The position numbers and the translations under genes were made by a program. From a bacterium (GTDB taxonomy: Bacteria; Zhuqueibacterota; Zhuqueibacteria; Residuimicrobiales; Krinioviventaceae), in the NCBI GenBank assembly GCA_963693055.1, contig OY843751.1:1952001-2016000 (forward strand): a DNA stretch of 64,000 bases, in the 5' to 3' direction. Under the pieces are notes generated by a model that worked only from the letters and a program-made list of their open reading frames with translations, was not told the origin of the DNA and ran no database searches. Position 1 is the stretch's first letter. Every line of letters begins with the position of its first letter. Shown piece by piece: positions 44,941-53,671 of this stretch.

Positions 44941-45115
44941 GACGGCAGGTCTCCTGGCTTGGATTTTATGCCTACTCACCGCACCTTCCCACCTTATGCT
45001 TTCAGGCAGTGGCTGGGTCTAAAGACCGATTGCGGCTTTGGTTATCCTTACAGTAGCGGGGCTGCAACGGATTTGCACCGTTTTCCCTATTATCCCTTTC
45101 GGGCACCGTTATGTC
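44941..45115 (-). promoter_or_regulatory. Cobalamin (AdoCbl) riboswitch
   Basis: Minus strand reads GGTGCCCGAAAGGG..AATAGGGAAAACGGTGCAAATCCGTTGCAGCCCCCGCTACTGTAA...GCCACTG...GGGAAGG...AGCCAGGAGACCTGCC (B12 box). Confidence 0.95.
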
Positions 45116-45254
45116 TGTTTAATGTAATTATTTTTTTCGAGAATGCAAATGTTTTTAAATTGGGATAATCGCAGAAATTGTTTGATAAAGTTATTATTTT
45201 TATTATCTTGAATATTCTTATATTAATTCAACTAAAATAGTCTTTTGGGAAAAT

Positions 45255-45440
45255 ATGGAAAAAGAAAACCGGATTACACCCGAATCGATAATACCTCAGG
45301 TTGAGAACCGTTCATTTGAAACATTTGAATCCTTTTATGATAGTATCCCTTATGAGGGTTCTTTGGGTATTCTTGCTTTAGGTGCAATGGGGGTGATGGC
45401 CTGGCGAAAAAAACGCGCGGATATAGATAAAAAAGATTGA
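45255..45440 (+). CDS. 61-aa peptide made of an acidic Tyr-containing segment and a PEP-CTERM-like TM/basic tail
   Basis: ...FYDSIPYEGSLGILALGAMGVMAWRKKR; first gene of an apparent operon. Confidence 0.65.
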   Translation: MEKENRITPESIIPQVENRSFETFESFYDSIPYEGSLGILALGAMGVMAWRKKRADIDKKD

Positions 45441-45451
45441 GAGGCCAGTTG

Positions 45452-47461
45452 ATGGGAAAACGACTAGCTAAAAAAGTATTGCTGATTGGATGGGACGCCG
45501 CGGATTGGAAGATTATCAATCCATTGTTAGATAACGGGCAAATGCCAGCCTTGGAAAGTCTTGTAAATAATGGCGTAATGGGCAATATTGCCACCCTGGA
45601 CCCACCCATGTCGCCTATGCTTTGGACATCCATTGCAACCGGCAAGCATGCGGACAAGCATGGCATATTGAATTTTACTGAACCCTCACCCCAATCTGCC
45701 GGTATACGACCGGTTTCAGTATCCTCACGTAAAGTTAAAGCTATTTGGAATATTCTAACTCAGGAAAACTATAAAACCCATGTGGTTGGCTGGTGGCCCA
45801 GTCATCCTGCGGAACCGATAAATGGGACCTGTATATCCAACTTTTATCAACGCGCGCATGCCCCCATTGACAAGCCCTGGCCCATGAGACCCGGTACCGT
45901 TTATCCTAAAAGTAGGGAAAAGCTGTTTGATCAACTGCGCGTACATCCGCAGGAGCTCACGGAGGCACATATTCTTCCATTTGTACCGGATGCCGCAAAA
46001 ATTGATCAGGAAAAAGACAAGCGCCTAGAGTCTCTTGCTAAAATTATTGCGGATTGTTCAAGCATCCATTCAGCGGCAACGTGGATGTTGGAGAACGAAG
46101 AATGGGATTTTATGGCAGTCTATTATGACGCCATTGACCATTTTTGTCATGGCTTTATGAATTTTCATCCCCCACGTATGCCGAATGTTCCTGAGGAGTT
46201 GTTTGAGCTTTACAAAGGTGTTGTTACGGGTGGATATCTTTTTCATGACATGATGTTATCGCGTCTGTTACAGCTTGCCGGAGATGATGTGACGGTAATA
46301 CTGGTTTCCGACCACGGCTTTCACTCGGACCATCTACGTCCATTGTCTATCCCCAAAGAGCCGGCGGGGCCGGCATGGCAACACCGTTCTTATGGTGTTG
46401 TATGTATGAAAGGACCGCATATTCAGAAGGATGAAAGAATTTACGGCGCCAATCTGCTTGACATTACCCCAACACTTTTGACACTGTATGGCCTACCTAT
46501 TGGGAAAGATATGGATGGCAAACCGCTGGTACAATCTTTTGACAAGCCTGTTGAACCCGAATACATTCCATCCTGGGAAGAGGTCAAAGGTGAATGCGGA
46601 ATGCTGCCTGAAAATGTACAGCAAGACCCCTATGCGGAACAGGAAGCCATGGAACAGCTTATTGCCCTGGGTTATGTTGAAAAGCCAGGAGATGATCAGC
46701 AAAAAGCCATTGAGCAGACATTGAACGAGTCCCAGTTTTATCTTGCAAGGGTATACATGAATAAAAATATGTATCATGACGCCTTGCCGATTCTGGAAAA
46801 ATTGTATGAAAATCATTCAGATCAAACACGCTTTGCTTTTCATTTGGCTAAATGTTACCAGGTGCTTGGCCGGAATATCAGTGCGCGTAAGGTAGTGGAA
46901 AAAGTAATTGCCGATAATGATAAATACAGTCCGCAGTTTGATTTGTTATTGGGCTCTTTAGCCTTGGCTGATAAAGATTACCAATCTGCGCTTGAATTTT
47001 TGTTAAAAGCAGAAAAAACTCAGCCTCGCCTGCCTGTGCTGCATCAGCAGATCGGGCAGACCTATCTGAAAATGGGCAAGATTGAAGATGCTGAGCGCGC
47101 ATACACGAAAGCGCTGGAGATTGATCCTGACAGTCATATTGCCAATGATGGTATGGCCATGGTCTATCTGCGTCAACGTCGTAACGAAGACGCTGCGTCA
47201 TTTGCATTGAATGCCATTGGTTTAATCTATCATTATCCTATTGCACATTATCACCTGGGGCTGGCATTGACGCGTCTGGAAATGTATGAACGCGCGGCAG
47301 AAGCATTTGAGGTCAGTGCTGTGATTGTACCAGGGTTTAAAAGTGCCCATAGAATGCTGAAATACCTGTATCAGCGTAAACTGAATATGAGCGACAAGGC
47401 GGCAAAACACCAGGTAATTCTTGATGAGATCAATGCAAAACAGGCGGAGAAATTTTTATGA
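45452..47461 (+). CDS. Alkaline phosphatase superfamily (nucleotide pyrophosphatase/phosphodiesterase-like) protein with C-terminal TPRs
   Basis: IGWDAADW, PPMSPMLWTSIATG (Ser nucleophile region), DAIDHFCH, SDHGF, QLIALGYV, then several TPRs; ORF track starts at TTG 45437. Confidence 0.85.
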   Translation: MGKRLAKKVLLIGWDAADWKIINPLLDNGQMPALESLVNNGVMGNIATLDPPMSPMLWTSIATGKHADKHGILNFTEPSPQSAGIRPVSVSSRKVKAIWNILTQENYKTHVVGWWPSHPAEPINGTCISNFYQRAHAPIDKPWPMRPGTVYPKSREKLFDQLRVHPQELTEAHILPFVPDAAKIDQEKDKRLESLAKIIADCSSIHSAATWMLENEEWDFMAVYYDAIDHFCHGFMNFHPPRMPNVPEELFELYKGVVTGGYLFHDMMLSRLLQLAGDDVTVILVSDHGFHSDHLRPLSIPKEPAGPAWQHRSYGVVCMKGPHIQKDERIYGANLLDITPTLLTLYGLPIGKDMDGKPLVQSFDKPVEPEYIPSWEEVKGECGMLPENVQQDPYAEQEAMEQLIALGYVEKPGDDQQKAIEQTLNESQFYLARVYMNKNMYHDALPILEKLYENHSDQTRFAFHLAKCYQVLGRNISARKVVEKVIADNDKYSPQFDLLLGSLALADKDYQSALEFLLKAEKTQPRLPVLHQQIGQTYLKMGKIEDAERAYTKALEIDPDSHIANDGMAMVYLRQRRNEDAASFALNAIGLIYHYPIAHYHLGLALTRLEMYERAAEAFEVSAVIVPGFKSAHRMLKYLYQRKLNMSDKAAKHQVILDEINAKQAEKFL

Positions 47462-48018
47462 TAACGATTGTTTCAGGTTTGCCGCGCTCAGGTACTTCGT
47501 TGATGATGCAAATGCTTGAAAAAGGGGGGATGGACGTTTTAACCGATGGAAAGCGCAAGGCAGATGAGAATAATCAGCGGGGATACTATGAATATGAAAA
47601 AGTAAAAAGTCTTCGTACAAACAATGAATGGCTAAAGAATACTGATGGGAAGGCGATTAAGATTATTGCCCAGTTGCTTCCGTATGTACCCCCAAAAGTG
47701 GAATTCAAAGTTATTTATATGGTGCGACCCATTGAAGAGGTGATTCAGTCCCAACGGAAAATGATCAAAAATCTTGGTAATCAAGGCGCAAGCCTGAGTG
47801 ATGAAGATTTGACCAAGGTTTTTTCAGTACAAACCAACCGTGTGCAAACCTGGTTAGCTATGAACAAGGTTGATTGTTTGTTTATGTTTTTCCCGGAAAT
47901 TCTACATAATCCACTTGAAAAGGCCAATGAGGTTAGTACTTTTCTGGGTACTGAATTGAATACGGATTTGATGGCCACAGTTGTGGATAAAAGCTTGTGG
48001 CATGAAAAAATAGTATAA
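47458..48018 (+). CDS. PAPS-dependent sulfotransferase family protein
   Basis: 5'-PSB GLPRSGTS, N.RGYYE, 3'-PB R...EVI.S; ATGA overlap with the upstream gene. Confidence 0.88.
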   Translation: MITIVSGLPRSGTSLMMQMLEKGGMDVLTDGKRKADENNQRGYYEYEKVKSLRTNNEWLKNTDGKAIKIIAQLLPYVPPKVEFKVIYMVRPIEEVIQSQRKMIKNLGNQGASLSDEDLTKVFSVQTNRVQTWLAMNKVDCLFMFFPEILHNPLEKANEVSTFLGTELNTDLMATVVDKSLWHEKIV

Positions 48019-48158
48019 ATGTATCATGTGCCCATATTTTCTTAATCGATTAATAAGAAAATACTAAAAATTCACGTGCAAGACTTGATTTATTTAATTA
48101 AAATCAATATCATTTTATTTCCAATTTGAATAATTTTTTCGATATCGGAGGCAGATAT

Positions 48159-49301
48159 ATGAAAACGCAGTTAGACAAGCGTATTGCAGGGTATTCTGCA
48201 TTGGCAGCAGCCATGTTAACCGGGGCTCAGGGAAAAGCTGAAATAATAAAATATTCTTCAGGAGCTGTCATTAACTCTAATGGTCAAAGTGTAAATTTGG
48301 ATTTTGACAAAATTGATGGTGACGATTTGAATTTATTCCTTTTTTCCAGTACTTTTGCAAAATCTTTTCAAGTAAAAAATTTAGATAATGATTCCGGTGG
48401 TGCTTTTTTAGCTGCAACATTCGGAATCTATGTAAATGCATTTGCTTTGAATCAGAGTAGCAGTATTGGTACAGATAATGCAAATTGGATTGCAGGAAGA
48501 AACGGGATAGGTTTTTTGTGCTACAGCTCTACGGGGTACTGGAACAATCAAAGCAATAAATATTTGGGTGTCAGGTTTGATATAAGCGGGCAAACACATT
48601 ATGGTTGGGTGAAAATGTCTTGTGACGGTACGTCTTTGACTATTCATGAATATGCTTATGAAAATACCCCCAATACAGGTTTTGATGGGCCTCTACCGGT
48701 TGAATTGTCCCTTTTTACAGCAAAATCTGTCAATGGTGCAATAAACCTGAGCTGGACCACCCAAAACGAGATCGATAACCTGGGCTTTATACTTGAACGC
48801 CGATTAAATGATGATACTGAATGGGAAACCATTGCCAGTTACAAAACCCACTCGGAACTAGCCGGGCAGGGTAACAAGAATACACCTACGGATTACCATT
48901 ATGCTGATAGCAATGTCTTTATCGGCAACACTTATGTTTATCGTTTGTCGGATTTGGATGTCAAGGGTGAAATTCATTCCAAACGAGAGATACAGGTAGA
49001 GGCAACCGATGCGGTTGTTCCAGAATCAACCGAGCTGCTTTCCGCGTATCCCAATCCTTTTAATCCCGGTACCAAGGTACAGTATCAACTCGAGTCAGAT
49101 GCGGAGGTAATGCTGAGCGTTGTTGATATAACCGGCCGTACAATCCGCACAATCGTTAATGATAAACAACAGGCGGGTCGTTATGAGTTTGCCTGGGATG
49201 GTAATGACCAGTCCGGCAATTCATCCCCCAGCGGAGTTTACCTACTTTTTCTAAAAGCCGGCAATCTCACCAAAACTCAAAAAGTGACACGTCTGCGATA
49301 A
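48159..49301 (+). CDS. Secreted 'HYGW' domain protein with PVEL and FlgD-Ig/T9SS-like C-terminal domains (paralog 1)
   Basis: GGAGG RBS; leader MKTQLDKRIAGYSALAAAML; YLGVRF..SGQTHYGWVKM..HEYAYE; PLPVELSLF; AYPNPFNP. Confidence 0.8.
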   Translation: MKTQLDKRIAGYSALAAAMLTGAQGKAEIIKYSSGAVINSNGQSVNLDFDKIDGDDLNLFLFSSTFAKSFQVKNLDNDSGGAFLAATFGIYVNAFALNQSSSIGTDNANWIAGRNGIGFLCYSSTGYWNNQSNKYLGVRFDISGQTHYGWVKMSCDGTSLTIHEYAYENTPNTGFDGPLPVELSLFTAKSVNGAINLSWTTQNEIDNLGFILERRLNDDTEWETIASYKTHSELAGQGNKNTPTDYHYADSNVFIGNTYVYRLSDLDVKGEIHSKREIQVEATDAVVPESTELLSAYPNPFNPGTKVQYQLESDAEVMLSVVDITGRTIRTIVNDKQQAGRYEFAWDGNDQSGNSSPSGVYLLFLKAGNLTKTQKVTRLR

Positions 49302-49323
49302 TACATTCTGCAAATATATGACA

Positions 49324-49348
49324 TGACCGGGACTAAAAGTCCTGGTCA
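49324..49348 (+). terminator. Hairpin between the two paralogs
   Basis: TGACCGGGACT-AAA-AGTCCTGGTCA; lacks a strong T-tract. Confidence 0.5.
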
Positions 49349-49398
49349 GGGTCTATTTCTTTTGCCTTTAATGTTGTGAATTTTATTCAATAAATCCC

Positions 49399-49427
49399 TT
49401 GCATTATAATGGAATAATTAATATAAT
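49399..49427 (+). promoter_or_regulatory. Sigma70-type promoter of paralog 2
   Basis: TTGCAT-17 nt-TATAAT. Confidence 0.7.
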
Positions 49428-49469
49428 ATTAAATTCATATGTATTTCCAAATTTCAAGGAGGGAGTTGG

Positions 49470-50642
49470 ATGAAACCGCAATTGGATAAACGAATTGCAG
49501 GGTATTCTGCATTGGCAGCAGCAATGTTAACCGGGGCACAGGGTAAGGCTGAAATATTGAAATACACATCTGGGGCAGTTCTTAATACCAACGGTCAGAT
49601 TCAAGGTTTAGACTTTGACCAGGTTGGAGGTGATGGTAACGATCTACGATTTTTATGCTATTCTGATGCTTTTACCAAAAAATTCGAAGTACAAAATCTG
49701 GATTTCCCTGATAGCGGCGCCTTTTTAGGATTGCTTTCCGGTCCTTATGTTCTTCCTTTTGCTTTGAATTATTCAAGCAGTATACGTACCAACAGTGTTG
49801 CATGGAACGCCGGTGCTATAGGAGTTGGAATGCTAAATTATAGATGTTTTTCAACTGCAATTACTTATAGTTATGGCTTCTGGGGAAATAAATCCAATAA
49901 ATATATGGGTGTAAGGTTTGATATTAGCGGACAAACACATTACGGTTGGGTGAAAATGTCGTGTAATGGAACGTCGCTCACTATACACGAGTATGCTTAT
50001 GAATCAGTTGCCAATACCGGAATTGATGCTCCACTTCCCGTCAAGCTATCTTTATTTACGGCAGAGTCTGTTAAAAATGCAATTCAGGTAAAATGGACAA
50101 CCCAAAGTGAAGAAGATAATTTGGGCTTTGTTTTGGAGCGCCGGTTGGATTCAGAAACCGAATGGACAACTATAGCTAGTTATCAGACTCATGATGAATT
50201 AAACGGTCAGGAAAATAGTACAAATCAAACAGATTATCAATTCAACGATTCTGATGTATATGCAGGCCATACGTATCATTATCGTTTGTCAGATGTGGAT
50301 GTAAATGGGAATTCCAATTTTCGTAATGAAATTCAGGTCGATGCTACAAACCTGGTTGCACCCAGCGAAACTGAACTGGTGTCTGCATATCCCAATCCTT
50401 TTAATCCGGGAACTACAATACAATACAAGCTGGAATTAGATGATTTTGTAACACTGAGCGTGGTTGATATAACCGGTCGAACGGTTCGTACGTTAGTCAA
50501 AGAAAACCAGCAAGCAGGTCAATATTCATTTGCATGGGATGGAAACGATAATAATGGCAATTCATCTCCCAGTGGTATTTACATGCTGGTATTGCGCAGT
50601 GGGCAGGTTACACGCACTCTAAAAATTACTAGATTACGATAA
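49470..50642 (+). CDS. Secreted 'HYGW' domain protein with FlgD-Ig/T9SS-like C-terminal domain (paralog 2)
   Basis: Near-identical leader and HYGW block to paralog 1; divergent central region. Confidence 0.8.
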   Translation: MKPQLDKRIAGYSALAAAMLTGAQGKAEILKYTSGAVLNTNGQIQGLDFDQVGGDGNDLRFLCYSDAFTKKFEVQNLDFPDSGAFLGLLSGPYVLPFALNYSSSIRTNSVAWNAGAIGVGMLNYRCFSTAITYSYGFWGNKSNKYMGVRFDISGQTHYGWVKMSCNGTSLTIHEYAYESVANTGIDAPLPVKLSLFTAESVKNAIQVKWTTQSEEDNLGFVLERRLDSETEWTTIASYQTHDELNGQENSTNQTDYQFNDSDVYAGHTYHYRLSDVDVNGNSNFRNEIQVDATNLVAPSETELVSAYPNPFNPGTTIQYKLELDDFVTLSVVDITGRTVRTLVKENQQAGQYSFAWDGNDNNGNSSPSGIYMLVLRSGQVTRTLKITRLR

Positions 50643-50661
50643 ATTTTTTATAAATATTTTA

Positions 50662-50699
50662 GTCCGGCCTGGAATTTTCATTTCAGACCGGATTTTTTT
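50662..50699 (+). terminator. Rho-independent terminator
   Basis: GTCCGGCCTGGAAT...ATTTCAGACCGGAT plus T-tract. Confidence 0.65.
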
Positions 50700-50888
50700 A
50701 TAATTACCTACCGTTATAAATTTCCTAAACTTTTAGTCGCACTATCCTCGTTTTTTATCTTTTATTGTACTTGATGTTTTTTTTTGGTGTAGTTTCTGCT
50801 ACTCTATAAGTGGCTGTTTATTATTTAGTAATGTTGTAATTATTCAGCGTAAACAAGCTTGTATATTGACCCCGTTAATGGAGGTAAA

Positions 50889-52100
50889 ATGAAAAAAATC
50901 TGGATAGCTCTATTTTTTACACTGTGTTTCTCTTCAATTGTTATTGCACAATCGTCAGAATTTGGTATTAAATTTACCGGTTTTGTTAAAACCGATGTCA
51001 TGTTTGATTCCCGCCAGACGGTTACTGCACGAGAGGGACATTTTCTACTTTATCCTGCCGGTGAAGATCTGGATGTGAATGGAGAAGATGCAAATGCGCA
51101 ACCCAATCTCAATATGCTAGCAATACAAACCCGGCTCAAGGGAGCTATCACAGGTCCGGACGCATTTGGGGCCAAAACATCCGGTTTAATTGAGGCTGCA
51201 TTTTTTGGTCATTCCAATGCGGATGTTAATGGTTTTCGTTTGCGGCATGCTTTTTTAACCCTGGCTTGGGAAAAAAACACACTTTTGGTTGGACAATTTT
51301 GGCATCCCATGTTTGTGACGGGTTGTTTTCCTGGTACAGTTTCTTTTAATACCGGTGTACCTTTTCAACCCTTTTCCCGTAATCCTCAGGTTCGTCTAAC
51401 TCATACAACTGGTGCTATATCACTTTTGGCTGCAGCAGTGTCTCAAAGAGATTTTACCAGTTCGGGTCCCGATGGTGCAGGGTCTCAATATTTAAGAAAT
51501 GCAGCTGTTCCAAATCTACATGGGCAACTTTTAATCAGTGCTGATAAAGTGCTTTTGGGTGCAGGTGTGGACTGGAAAATGTTAAAGCCGAGATTGAAAA
51601 CACCACTGAATTATGTGTCTGACGAAACAGTTTCTGGTGTGTCTGTAATGGGTTTTGCAAAATTCAAATTACCCAAAGCAGAATGGAAGATTTATGGTGT
51701 TTACGGACAAAATCTAACTGATATGGTTATGCTTAGTGGTTATGCTGTTAACAGCATAGATGCTGCAACCGCGCAGGAAAGCTATATACCTACGGATGTT
51801 ATGTCTGTTTGGACTGATTTTTCAACCGGTACTACAATCGCTTATGGCTGTTTTGCCGCCTATACTCAAAATCAGGGTGCTGGTGAAAATATTGGCAGCT
51901 TTTGGGGGAGAGGTTCGAATATTGATAATATATATCGCATTTCTCCACGAATTATGTGGAACTCTGGTAAAACCCGTTTTGCTGCCGAAGTTGAATATAC
52001 CGCAGCCGCATATGGCACGGCTGACAAGCAGGGTAAAGTTCAGGATGCTGAATATGTAAATAATTTGAGATTGTTATTAGCCGCTTATTATTTCTTTTAA
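50889..52100 (+). CDS. Outer-membrane porin (DcaP-like)
   Basis: Signal peptide; GFVKTD, QTRL, IEA.F, RLRHA, GQ.W, R.PQVR motifs; C-terminal Phe. Confidence 0.75.
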   Translation: MKKIWIALFFTLCFSSIVIAQSSEFGIKFTGFVKTDVMFDSRQTVTAREGHFLLYPAGEDLDVNGEDANAQPNLNMLAIQTRLKGAITGPDAFGAKTSGLIEAAFFGHSNADVNGFRLRHAFLTLAWEKNTLLVGQFWHPMFVTGCFPGTVSFNTGVPFQPFSRNPQVRLTHTTGAISLLAAAVSQRDFTSSGPDGAGSQYLRNAAVPNLHGQLLISADKVLLGAGVDWKMLKPRLKTPLNYVSDETVSGVSVMGFAKFKLPKAEWKIYGVYGQNLTDMVMLSGYAVNSIDAATAQESYIPTDVMSVWTDFSTGTTIAYGCFAAYTQNQGAGENIGSFWGRGSNIDNIYRISPRIMWNSGKTRFAAEVEYTAAAYGTADKQGKVQDAEYVNNLRLLLAAYYFF

Positions 52101-52101
52101 T

Positions 52102-52137
52102 AAAAAAAGGTCCCCGGATTTTTTCGGGGACCTTTTT
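52102..52137. terminator. Bidirectional terminator between convergent genes
   Basis: AAAAAAGGTCCCCGGA-TTTT-TTCGGGGACCTTTTT. Confidence 0.85.
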
Positions 52138-53671
52138 AAAAACGATACCCCAAATCCGTGTAAATACGGTGCCCAAACGTTACATCTCCCCATTCGTACT
52201 CGTAATTCGTTGTTATATAAAATGATGCAGGCAATTCAATTTGTGTGTTAAATTGTAACCATTGACTGTTTCGTTTCAATCCGGATGTTTGATATTCGTA
52301 ATTATAGCTGCCATATCCCAAAGATATATAGTGACCATTTTTCAAATATTTACCTAGTGTAACAGATGGGTGAACACCCCGGGTGTACAAATTTGAGAAT
52401 CCTGAAAAACGGAGTGATAATCTCATTCTTTTTATAAATAGATTGTTTTTATATATACCCAATGAATATGACGTTGTGGTATTTTCATCACTCTTTTTAC
52501 GTAAACCGTAATTTCCAAAGATACGAGTGTCCTTTGTCCACTTGAAATTGATATTACCACGTAATCCTTGTCTGAATGCATCATCAAACAGACTGTCAGC
52601 AACTGACAAGAGTTCATAGGTGTAATAATTTTTATAATTGTTATAAGAGAGTCCGGCTGTGAGCTTTTCTGAGATATTCATACTTGCATTTAAATACAGG
52701 TTGGACAAGCTCACCGTTGATTGGTTTTTTTCTTCTTTCCGCCAATCCCGATTTATATCAAGCTCCATACGTTGATAAAAATACCATCCCTTGTAAGCGT
52801 TTATGCTGCTTTGCAGGTAAACAAATTCTCTGCTCACTATAGAATCATGATATTCACCGGCTGCTGCAAGTGTAACCTCGTATTTTGTTCCTGTAAAATC
52901 GCCCCTGTTGTAGTTGATAAATGTACCATATTTTTGCAGTGAGGTTTGAAAAGATGAATACTGCCATTGAGGTTGAGTACCGGCAAAAGCTCCCAGTTTC
53001 AGATTTTTGAATGTATTGTATTGCAAATTTAATCCGTCAATATACCCCAAGCCACTAAATATATGTGAAATGATTCTGCCGACTTTGTAATTGAGTGTTG
53101 AATTGGGATTGTCATAGGAAAAGGATACCTCATATAAACGGTTACGCCATTCTGTCTCCGGGGTTGTGGAATTATAACGCCTGCTCCTTTGATTGTATCT
53201 GGATCGAAGTTTGATGTTCAGGTTATAATCCCGGTCCCATAATTGTTTGACTTTGAGCTTGAATCTGACCGCGGGTTGTTTGAAATCGTTGTTATATGTT
53301 GAGATATCATTAAATTGATAGTGTTGAAAAACAAGATAACCGCTGTATCTGGTTTTACTGATTGTTTTAGTTTTTGGTTTTTCAGGATTATCAATTCTTA
53401 CCTGGTTTCCTTTACGTAATTCTGTCGAATTTTCAAGAATTCGGCACGTAGCAGAGTTTTTTGAAATATGTGTAATCTCTAATTTTGAAATCATTTCATC
53501 ATTTCTTGAAGCGGTGAGAATATCTCCCAAAACAAGCCCTTTTTCAGTACCCGCGTTAATTACAATCTGATCGTTACTAATATCCTGTATTGTTGCATAA
53601 TCCTGAGCATACAGATTTAAGCTTGGTATCAACAAAATGATAATGATCAAAATGTTTTTGCTTCTAATCAT
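52136..53671 (-). CDS. Outer-membrane beta-barrel partner of the multiheme cytochrome
   Basis: Signal peptide from ATG 53671 (overlaps the cytochrome stop), small N-terminal beta domain (INAGTEKGL..GD), alternating aromatic strands, C-terminal GYRF. Confidence 0.75.
   Translation of the reverse strand: MIRSKNILIIIILLIPSLNLYAQDYATIQDISNDQIVINAGTEKGLVLGDILTASRNDEMISKLEITHISKNSATCRILENSTELRKGNQVRIDNPEKPKTKTISKTRYSGYLVFQHYQFNDISTYNNDFKQPAVRFKLKVKQLWDRDYNLNIKLRSRYNQRSRRYNSTTPETEWRNRLYEVSFSYDNPNSTLNYKVGRIISHIFSGLGYIDGLNLQYNTFKNLKLGAFAGTQPQWQYSSFQTSLQKYGTFINYNRGDFTGTKYEVTLAAAGEYHDSIVSREFVYLQSSINAYKGWYFYQRMELDINRDWRKEEKNQSTVSLSNLYLNASMNISEKLTAGLSYNNYKNYYTYELLSVADSLFDDAFRQGLRGNINFKWTKDTRIFGNYGLRKKSDENTTTSYSLGIYKNNLFIKRMRLSLRFSGFSNLYTRGVHPSVTLGKYLKNGHYISLGYGSYNYEYQTSGLKRNSQWLQFNTQIELPASFYITTNYEYEWGDVTFGHRIYTDLGYRF

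Noticed and set aside
44836-45168. 110-aa plus-strand ORF
   Set aside because: It is antisense to the cobalamin riboswitch.
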